Shown: one piece after another, positions 52,826-64,000 of the stretch | Numbering within the stretch: position 1 is the stretch's first letter | Layout of the letters: each line of letters starts with the position of its first letter | Assembly: GCF_009914755.1 (NCBI RefSeq) | Contig: NC_060940.1 | Source: the human T2T-CHM13v2.0 reference genome, Homo sapiens | Strand: one strand, 5' to 3' | DNA length: 64,000 nt | Translations under genes and position numbers: made by a program | The notes under the pieces: model-generated | The model's input: the letters and a program-made list of their open reading frames with translations, nothing else | Told to the model about the DNA's origin: nothing | Database searches by the model: none

Positions 52826-53356
52826 TTGTTTTTCTATACTCTTAATATTTGAAGGATAGTTGAGTTAGATAAAAAACTCTTTCTTCACATTTTTTGACAA
52901 GATTGTTTCACTACTGTCTTGCTTTGTAAGTTACTCTTGAGGAATCTAATGCTCACCTGATTTTATTTTCTTTATAAATGTCTTGATCTTTTGTCTTTTT
53001 ATCTTTTCTTAAACTGTAATGTCTAGTAGTAGTTTTAATAGGTTGTTTCAGAGTTGATTGCTTTGAAGCAATTTTCCTACATGGTGGGCCTTTTAAATAT
53101 ATAGGTTCAGGTTTTCTTTTATTTCAGGAAAATTTTCTTGAATTATAGTTTTATATATTAGTTCTATTTCAGTGTTTTTTTCTCTTAAGCATCTCCAATT
53201 ATATTATGTTTTGTCTGACTACTATATCTATCATTTTCTTACTGATTCTTTCTACCTCTTTCTTTAATTTCATTTTCTTGGCTTTTTTTTTCCCACTTCT
53301 ATCCACTGTCTTCCTTCTTCCTCAGTCTACTTTTGATCATACTTACTTTCTCTTAA

Positions 53357-53813
<457 letters not shown>

Positions 53814-53909
53814 TAATTTTATTTAGTTCATTTTGGAATACTGTGTTACATTTTCTTTTCCATAAGGGCTGGTTTTATTTCTTCTGGAGTTTCTTATCTA
53901 CTGAAAAGT

Positions 53910-54212
53910 TTATTTTTATTTTTTAGAGACAGGGTCTTGTTCTGTCACCCAGGCTCCATGGAGTGCAATAGCATGATCATAGCTCACTGCAGCCTCAAAC
54001 TCCTGGGCTCAAGTGACCCATGTCAGCCTCCTGAGTAGCCTGGACTACAGGCATGTGCTGTCATGCCTGGATAATTTTTTTATTCTTATTTTTGTAGAAA
54101 TGGGGTCTCATTATGATGCCTAGGCTGGTCTTGAACTCCTGGCCTCAAACAATCCTCCTGCCTTGGTCTCCCAAAGTGCTGGGATTATAGGTATAAACCA
54201 CAACAACCTGCC
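53910..54212 (-). mobile_element. AluJ
   Basis: Diverged dimer. Confidence 0.9.
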
Positions 54213-54487
54213 AAGTTTTTTTAAACTTAAAAAAAATTGAAGTATAATAAATTCAGAAAAGCAAATAGCTGATAACGCAGAGCTTCTTTCCCCCTGCATT
54301 TATTATACCTTACCATTTATCAATCTTCCACCATTAAGAATCTAACACATGACAGGGTTTAATCTCAACACCACTTACCATAAATAATGTCATTCTTTTT
54401 TTTTTTTTTGCCATCTGATTAGTGAGTGACCCAGTTTCGAGTCCCATTTTGATGTCTACTTTCTAGGGCTATTCCTGATTATCTACT

Positions 54488-54850
54488 CTCTTAGCCTGGG
54501 CTTCCTGAAAGCAGAGCCTGAAACAAGGGCTTGCATGCAGGTGGCTTATTTGGGAAATGATTCTAGAAAGAGTGAGGGACTGGGAAGAAGAAAACAGAAT
54601 AGATGGAAAAGCCAACAGGAACCTGTATTACCAAGTTGATCATCTCTGTGAGTGAGTGTGGCTTAATCCTGCTAGACCCTCTGAATAGCTATACAGAATG
54701 CACCTCAATTTTCCATTAGAGGATGGAAAGGAAGAGTATTTATCCACTGGCTCCTGGTTTCATGGGTGAAGAGGATCCCTGGGGTGTTTTCTCTGTTGTG
54801 TTTGGATAAAGATGGGGAAGGGGGATGTGAGGTAGTGTCCAAGAGGTGTT
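54488..54850 (-). mobile_element. LTR33/LTR16-like ERVL LTR fragment
   Basis: AAGCAGAGCCTGAAACAAGGGCTTG...TTATTTGGGAAATGAT. Confidence 0.55.
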
Positions 54851-54895
54851 TCATACTATTTTCTAATGGCTTCCATTGTTGCAGTTAAGAAGTCA

Positions 54896-55215
<320 letters not shown>

Positions 55216-56148
55216 CCAGAAATTTCCACCTGGATCTTTAAAAAAATAATGTCCAATTTGATGTAAAATTTCTCAAGTTTGTCTTTGAATTCCATAAACA
55301 TATCAAACATATCAAACAAAACATTGTTATTTTGAAGTTCATAGACAATGACTATTATCTGAATTACTAACGGATGTTTCACTTGTCTGTTATCTTAGTC
55401 TTCATTCATGTGATCTTGTCTCCTTATGTGCCTAGTTATAGTTAAAATGTGTAGCAAACATCATACATTAGTGTAGTGAGAATTTGAAGGCCTGGATATC
55501 TTCTTCTAGAGGAGATTTGTCTTTGCTTCTGACAGATGGCTAGGCTAGTTGTTCTAGCAGTCTCAGATCACCTTAATCCATTCAGAGATTGAGAAGGTTC
55601 AGAACAGGGCTTCAGTGTCAGTGAGTGCTAGTCTATTTCCTATTCACCGTTATTCTCACGGTTTAGCCTTTCAAAGTCACAACTTAAAGCCTGGGCGGTT
55701 TACTGGGGTCTCCACCTTTGGTGTGCCTTAAATTCCAATCTTGTCCCTCAAAGTCCCATGAGTCTGTGGAAAGCTCTATTCAGCTTCTCTCACCCTTGCT
55801 TTCAGATTGGCAGAGCCTCAAAGGGAAAATCAGCCTAAGTATCTGGCTCACCCTCTGGGCTTTCTTTGTTCCTAGATCTTGTTCCTGCAATTTACTACTG
55901 ACTTAAATAGCTTGTGGGCATTCACACCGTTCTATATATAATGTGTATTCTGGTTCTTCTAGTTGTTTTCAACAGGAAAGCTGGTTCAAACCATCACATT
56001 TACCATTACTGAGGGAGAGCTCCAAACTGCTGAAAAGGTTTTTCTTTCTTTTTAAAAAGAAACATGGACTAATTTATTGTAGAAATTGTGAGACATTGGG
56101 AACAACGGTACATTTCAAAAACATTGCTTAAAAAATTGAGTGAAAAAA

Positions 56149-56445
56149 GGCCGGGTGTGGTGGCTCATGCCTGTAATCCTAGCACTTCGGGAGGCCGAGG
56201 CAGGCAGATGACCTGAGGTCAGAAGTTCAAGACCAGCCTGGGCAAGATGGTCAAACCCTGTCTCTACTAAAAATACAAAAATTAGCTGGGTGTGGTGGTG
56301 CATGCTTGTAGTCCCAGTTACTTGGGAGGCCAAGGCATGAGAATCGCTTGAACCCAGGTGGCAGAGGTTGCAGTCAGCTGAGATTGCGCCGCTGCACTCC
56401 GCACTCCAGCCTGGGCGACACAGTGAGACTGTCTCAAAACCAAGA
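56149..56445 (+). mobile_element. AluS
   Basis: Complete dimer with GCACTCC duplicated. Confidence 0.93.
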
Positions 56446-56689
56446 ATGAAAAAATGCAAGTTGTATAAATAATGCCTACAGCCTGACATTTATATAAATA
56501 AAAAACAAAACAATTCTATGAATATTCTGTGGGTACATGTATATACACAGAATGGTAAACTCTTGGTGGGGAGCAGATCTGGATTAAGGGTGGTATTATT
56601 CAAGGGGATTTTAACCATCTGCATTATTCTGATTTTTAGTGAAAACAGGGTCATGTATTACTTGCTATTTTCTTTTATTAAAAACATCA

Positions 56690-56885
56690 TTATTATTAGA
56701 GACAGAGTCTCACTATGTTGCCCAGAGTGCAATACAATGGCTAGTAACAGGTGTGATCATAGTGCACTACAGCTTTGAACTTCTGGGCTCCAGTGATCTT
56801 CCTGCCTTAAACTTCTGGGCTTCAGTGATCTTCCTGCCTCAGCCCCCCAGTAGCTGGGAATACAAGTGCATGTGCCTAGCTACTT
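56690..56885 (-). mobile_element. Alu monomer (FLAM/FRAM-like) with 32-bp tandem duplication
   Basis: AACTTCTGGGCT.CAGTGATCTTCCTGCCT occurs twice. Confidence 0.75.
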
Positions 56886-56985
56886 GTGTTATTTTAAAAA
56901 ATGTTACTTGCACATAAGAAAAAGACAGGAAGCAAGCATGCCAGATGTTAATGACTAATTCTGGATGGTGGGGTTATGGGGGTAA

Positions 56986-57327
<342 letters not shown>

Positions 57328-57457
57328 TAACTGACAACTGCTGAAAAGTTTTGACCTTCGTTTTGTTTTCTTACAGAATATGGATGTAGGATTCTCTTTT
57401 TATTGAAACTTATTTGTTTTGGATTTTTCTGGACCAGGTCAGATATCACATGGGTGA

Positions 57458-57801
<344 letters not shown>

Positions 57802-57855
57802 TAGCTCAACAGTGTCCTCTGCTGTTGTTAGTAAAGGGCCATTTCCTTTAATAAA

Positions 57856-60279
57856 AAATTGTATTTATTTTATTATTTATTTACTTTTAAAAATAGGTTT
57901 ATGGGGGAACAAGTGGTATTTGGTTACTTGAATAAGTTATTTAGTGGTGATTTCTGAGATTTTGGTACACCCATCACCCAAGCATTTTACACTGTGCCCA
58001 ATGTGTAATCTTTTATCAATCACCCACCTCCCACCCTGATATGGTCTGGCTCTGTGTCCTCACCCAAATCTCATCTTTAATTGTAATCCAAATTGTAATC
58101 CCCATGTGTTGAGGGAGGGACCTCGTGAGAGGTGATCAGATTATGCAGACTGTTCCTCCATGCTGTTCTCATGATAATGTTTGAGTCTCGTGGAATCTGA
58201 TGGTTTTATAAGGGGCTTTCCCCTCTTCATTCTGCACTTCTATTTCCTGCTGCCATGTGAAGAATGTTTGCTTTCCCTTCTGCCATGATTATAAGTTTCC
58301 TGAGGCCTCCCCAGCCATGAGGAACTGTGATTTTATTAAACCTCTTTCCTTTATAAATTACCCAGTCTCAGGTATTTCTTCATAGCAGTGTGATAACATA
58401 CACCCTTTCTCCTGAGTCCCCAAAGTCCATTACATCATTCTTATGCCTTTACATCCTCATAGCTTAGCTCCCACTTATGAGTGAGAACATACAATGTTGG
58501 GTTTTCCATTCCTGAGTTACTTCAGTTAAAATAATGGTCTCTAATTCCATCCAGGTTGCTGTGAATGCCAATATCTCATTCCTCTTTATGGCTAAATAGT
58601 ATTCCATGGTGTACACATACAATACAGGCACACACACATACACACACACACACCCCACAATTTCTTTATCCACTCCTTAATTGATCGGCATTCGGGCTGG
58701 TTCCATATTTTCACAATTGTGAATTGTGCTGCTATCTTGTGAATTGTGTGTGTACAAGTATCTTTTTCCTATAATGGGTTCTTTTTCTCTGGGTGGATAC
58801 CCAGTAGTGCAACTGCTGGATCAAATGGTAGTTCTATTTTTAGTTCTTTAAGGATTCTCCATACTGTTTTCCATAGTGGTTGTATTAGTTTACATTCCCA
58901 CCTGCAGTTTAAAAGTGGTCCTTTTTCCACCACATCCATAGCAACAGCTATTATTTTTTGATCATGGCCATTTTTGTAGGAGTAGGGTGGCACTGCATTG
59001 TGGTTTTGATTTGCATTTCCCTGATTATTAGTGATGTTGAGATTTTTTCATAGGTTTGTTGGCCATTTGTACATTTTCTTTTGAGAATTGTCTATTCATG
59101 TCGTTAGCCCACTTTTTGATGGGATTGTGTTTTTCTTGCTGATTTGAGTTCCTTGTAGATTCTGGATATTAGTCCTTTGTTAGATGTATAGATTGCGAAG
59201 ATTTTCTCCCACTCTAGGGGTTGTCTGTTTACTCTGCTGACTGTTCCTTTCGCCATGCAAAAGCTCTTTAGTTTAAGTCTCACCTATTTATCTTTGTTTT
59301 GTTGTGTTTGCTTTTGGGTTCTTGGTCATGAAGTCTTTGCTTAAGCCAACATCTAGAAGGGTTTTTCCCAATGTTATATTCTAGAATCTTTATTGTTTCA
59401 GGTCTTAAAGTCTTTGATCCATCTTGAGTTAATTATTTGTATAAGGTGAGAGATGACGATCCAGTTTAATTCTTCTACATGTGTTTTGCCAATTATCCCA
59501 GCACCATTTGTTGAATAGTGTCCTTTCCCCACTTTGTTTTTGTTTGCATTGTCGAAGATCAGTTGGCTGTAAGTATTTGGCTTCATTTCTGGGTTCTCTA
59601 TTCTGTTCCACTGGTCTATGTGCCTATTTTTATACAAGTACCATGCTGTTTTGGTGACTATGGCCTTATAGTATAGTTTGAAGTCACGTAATATGATGCT
59701 TCCAGATTTGTTCTTTTTGCTTAGTCTTGCTTTGGCTATGTGGGCTCTTTTTTGGTTCCGTATGAATTTTAGGATTGTTTTTTCTACTTCTGTGAAGAAT
59801 GATGGTGATGTTTTGATGGGAATTGCATTCAATTTGTAGATTGCTTTTAGCAGTATGGTCATTTTCACAACATTGATTCTGCCCATCCTTGAGCATGGGA
59901 TGTGTTTCCATTACTTTGTGTTGTCTATGATTTCTTTCACCAGTGTTTTGTAGTTTTCCTTGTAGAGGTCTTTCACTTCCTTGGTTAGGTGTACTCCTAA
60001 GTATTTTATATTTTTTTGTAGCTCTTGTAAAAGGGGTTGAGTTCTTGATTTGATTCTCAGCTTGGTCACTGTTGGTGTATGGCAGACCTACTGATTTGTG
60101 TACATTAATTTTGTATCCTAAAACTTGCTGAATTCATTTATCAATTCCAGGAACTTTTTGGAGAAACCTTTAGGGTTTTCTAGGCCTATGATCATATCAT
60201 CAACAAATAGTAACAGTTTGACTTCCTCTTGACCAATTTGGAGCCCTTTATTTCTTTCTCTTGTCTGATTGCTCTGCCT
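57856..60279 (-). mobile_element. 5'-truncated L1PB (ORF2 C-terminal remnant + 3'UTR)
   Basis: ORF 59398-59886 matches L1 ORF2 ([11 protein letters not shown]...[12 protein letters not shown]...[10 protein letters not shown]); TSD AGGGCCATTT.CTT.AATAAA at ~57835 and ~60280. Confidence 0.92.
58037..58400 (+). mobile_element. THE1 MaLR solo LTR nested in L1PB
   Basis: TGATATGGTCTGGCTCTGTGTCCTCACCCAAATCTCATC...; TSD CACCC. Confidence 0.92.
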
Positions 60280-60859
60280 AGGGCCATTTTCTTAATAAAT
60301 GGCCTTTTATTGATATTGATACCACTTGATATTGTCTTGTTGCACTGGGGCCCATAGTTTCAGGTGGTTCCTTCTTTCATTTCACTACCATGTCTCCAAG
60401 AGATAGATTCACCTTCTAAAAGCCCCCTTTTTCTTCCAGAAGTGCCTTTCCAAAGCTGCCACCTCTGGTCCTAATCTATCTTTCAATCCCCTTCCTTTTA
60501 CTTCCCCTGTAGCTAATGCTCTGGTCCACCAGCCCTCAGATCAGTTCTCAGTATTTCCCCACTCAGAGTGGCCCTTCTCCTTCTGTGGGCACCTTAGTTG
60601 ATATTATTTGTGTTCTGCCATAACTAGAATGCTGCCACACTCTCCCCTTATGCTCAATCCTTACCTTGCCTCCCCATCTGGTGTGGGCTTCTGAGCTGAT
60701 GTGTATTTCCCCCACTTACACATAACGCTTATAGAATTTTGTCTCCTAGTTATGTTGTAGGAGAGGGCTATTTCTTGTCCTATTAGGACCCAGAATAGTA
60801 ATAATACATCCATAAATATATATAATTTTTATCAACTAAGAATATAAAACACAAATATT

Positions 60860-61330
60860 TTTAACTTTTAGGCATGATTGTTTTAGCTATCCTCTTTTGC
60901 TATTGATTTCTAATTTTGTTGCATTTTGCTTAGAGAAATATATATTGTAAGATTTCAATTCTTTGGAAATTGAGACTTCCTCTGTGGCTGAATACATAGT
61001 TGATTTTTTCTTTCCGTGTTCCATGTGCATCCCATATTCATTTTAGTAATCATGTTAAGCAAATCTAGACTTTTTCTTACATTTTTGATCTGCCACTGAC
61101 AGTGAAAAGCTATTACTAAAATGGATGTAGCCGTAGTATTTTTCCATAGTTCTGTCAGTTGTTGCTTCATGTATTTTGAGGCTATACTGTTTGGTGTATA
61201 TAAGTTTACATCCATATATCTTTAACTTGTTCTTCCCTCTAACAGCATAAAATATCCTTCTTTGTCACTTTTTTTGACCTTGAGTTTTGTCTGACATTAA
61301 AATGGTTACCCTGTCTTAATCTTTACATAG
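60860..61330 (-). mobile_element. Ancient L1 ORF2 endonuclease-region fragment
   Basis: ORF 60955-61215 VNLYTPNSIASKYMKQQLTEL resembles the L1 EN motif NIYAPN...KQ.L. Confidence 0.75.
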
Positions 61331-62699
61331 TCAATATGCCTTTGCTTTAAAGCTGTCTTTCCTCTCTGTTAGTAAAGTCTTCCCAACCTCTAGGTTGTAT
61401 GTACAGTCTCTTACATTTTCTTCTAAAATTTCTCTTTTTTTTCCACCAACCTGATGAACAAAATTAAAAAATAAGTAAAAAATTTCTCTTATTTTCATTG
61501 TCGTTAATGATGATATGTGTAACTATGACAAAACATTTGCATCAAATCTAGCTGGATTTTAATGACATATATCCTTGAATTTTTAAAAAACTTCCTTATG
61601 CTTCAGTTCCTTACCAGTGATTCCTGAGAGCTTTCTGAGTTCCAGCCTCTGTTACTTCACTATAAAAACGTATAAGAAGCAAAGATACAAAAATTAGCTT
61701 GCTGTTTCCTCAGTTTCATAATGGCTAAGAGTGCCCCTGTCATGTTAAATTAAGACAAATCTTAACACAAAGGAACGTTTTGGGAAGGCCACTGGTCACA
61801 GATGTCGGTATCTCAAGAAGTGGCTGTCTCACCAAGAAAAGAAACAGTAAAGAGAAAGGAAAAAAACAGCAAAGAGGAAGGAAAAAAAATGTGCTTTGAC
61901 TAGATAAAAATAAGCAGGAGAATAGACAGATGGGAGGAGATGTTCAGTTGAATATAGATGTGAACAAATTAGATAGTAGGAATATAAAAATCAAGATGTT
62001 AAATTTTATTTAAAAAGAAAACAAATGGTGCACAGTGAAGACAGAGGTAATGCTGTTCTAGGGATGAAAAAGGTGACTCTCAATAGAGTGAGAAGAGGCA
62101 AAAAGCAGAAAAGTCAAACAGCATCTACCTCAGAAAACAGGTCATGATCGAAGTCTAAGAGTACCAGATTGCACTTCCAAAAGCCTGAAGGAAAAACATA
62201 GCTTGATATATTAGTGAATGTCATATGGAAAATGAAAGGGCAAGAACAAAAGGTATAAGAATACCAGTAATATGGGTCCAATTTTCCAGGCGGTCAGGCT
62301 GGAGGGTGCAGTCCACTGGTGGCACTTTGAAATGGAAGTGAAAATTCTACCTTGTAAGATAAAAGAGATTAGGATGAGGAGATGTTTTCTAATTCTATAT
62401 TTTTAGTTTTAAAAACACTTGTTTCTCTTGCTTTGATATTTTCTAGCTTTCTGGTTGACCTAGAGGTTGTTTTTGTTCTGAACAAAGGGGATGTAAATCT
62501 GTTTGCTCCCATTCATGGATTTAATTAGGCATGTTGCCCAATCTCTAATAAATCACGGGTTTAGTTTTTCTTTGTTAAGGTAGTCAGAGGCCTTCAGGCA
62601 TGAGTGACTTATTAAAATGTACTCTGATAGTTGGGGATGAATTATCATCCTGATATTGTCAATCACTTGATAATTTTTATCCCAAAATCTCTCTCCTGG

Positions 62700-64000
62700 T
62701 TGTTTTGTCCTACACAAAGATGACATTTTATTCTCATATTTGTTCACAGACATGATTCACATTTTTCTATCTAGTGCATAAGGAAATCATTCTACATTCA
62801 GCAATAGTGCCAGTTTGACTAAAAAAAAAATTTTCCATATCCACAAAAATGTTAATCAGATTCTTGTTAGAACATGTGTAAGAACTGGTTTTCATTTTCA
62901 CAGCTCTTGATGTCAGATTACTAAAATAATTTATGTTTTGTTGTGGGAACATGAGTGCACGCAAAACCTCTCCAATCACAGGACCACTTCTCAGCCCACA
63001 CGTCTTCATAACACATAGAAATTATTTGTGTTTTGTGGTAACGAATGAATGGCAGGAACAGCAGAATTTCAGTGTGGCCTTTCTTTATTTGATTAAACAT
63101 ATTCTTTATGTATTCTTAAAAAAACTAATTTAAGTTAAATGGCAGTAAACCATGATAATTTAGAAAACATGGTGAAACTGAGAGTGAAGAGAAATGTTCT
63201 TTACGTAAACCACACTGTAAACCATAAAACTTATTTTTGTCAACTGCTTTTCATGACAGTGGCTGGGAATTTGACATTTCTACTACAGTAGGCAAAAATA
63301 CATGTAAAATACACTCTCCCACATACCACATCACATCTCTATTTGTATTTCCAAACTAAAAGCATTACAGCCCAAAAAAGTGCTGAGTGCACTGGTCTAG
63401 TTACACCAAGAAGTGTATGTTCACACCAGCAACACCTTAAGCTGGTATCTGTGTGGCAAGGCCACTGCTGGTGGCCCCTGACGCCAAGCCCTCTTCAATG
63501 GATCCAGTTTGGCTCACCAAGAGAAATCCACTGCTCTTTAACCCAAAAGGTGGTAAGCTTTTCAATGGCCTCCAGTTACCACAAGATAAAACAAACAAAA
63601 TTCTCAAACAGATTATGAAACCCAACTGAAGTATCCACATGACAGCGTTCAATACTACCTCGCCACTTCAAAATGTGTCAGCAGCAATTAGCTATGAAAA
63701 TGAGTGTTGTGAAAATTCGCAATAGTTTGAAACTGAATATTTTAAAACTAGATATCTTTAATATGACAGTAAACAATGTGACAGAAACATGGCTGTTTCT
63801 CTCATCTTGTCTGAGATATACATTCCATACAGGTGACTGGGTCCCATAAGTTTTCTAAGAAAAACTTTTCCTTTCCACTTAATGATCCTAAGAAGTCAGT
63901 GCAATCTGGTTCTTCTCCCTGCAGAAGGGTTATTTAGTTTGGGATGTAACATTTTACAACAATAATACAAACCTCCTGGGAGAATACCACAATAAATGTC
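62700..64000 (-). other. Possible distal 3'UTR of an unidentified minus-strand gene
   Basis: Repeat-free AT-rich sequence after ~30 kb of TE-saturated DNA; minus-strand AATAAA at 62727-62732 and ~63084-63089. Confidence 0.4.

Noticed and set aside
59398-59886. 162-aa ORF with real protein similarity
   Set aside because: L1 ORF2 remnant in a truncated, disrupted L1PB.
62305-62330. CTCF-like TCCACTGGTGGCAC
   Set aside because: Mismatches at informative core positions; unsupported without a PWM score or ChIP data.
63640-63670. Minus-strand GAGGTAGTA resembling the let-7 5' end
   Set aside because: Only about 9 nt match and I see no precursor hairpin.

Overview
Hominid (most likely human) genomic DNA: a full-length SVA and about 40 Alu copies fix the lineage. 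I find no credible protein-coding exon; the ORF track is explained by Alu, SVA, L1 or ERV sequence, or by chance. Most of the window is transposable-element sequence: Alu, SVA, L1MB/MC/ME/PB, MIR, L2, MaLR and ERVL LTRs, ERV1/ERVK solo LTRs (MER4, MER39/34 group, MER41A, MER52, LTR3), a decayed ERVL pol and hAT MITEs. Unique, possibly regulatory stretches lie at about 5-23 kb, and a repeat-free 3'UTR-like tail at about 62.5-64 kb. The most notable structural signals are: (1) a ~1.55-kb inversion (34881-36429) shown by two split LTRs; (2) an SVA inserted at the junction of an older ~84-bp tandem duplication; (3) Alu insertions at the same homologous site in two neighbouring MER4 LTRs. I see no evidence for a novel gene system. 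Subfamily calls are from remembered consensus sequences, and boundaries are approximate unless TSDs are given.
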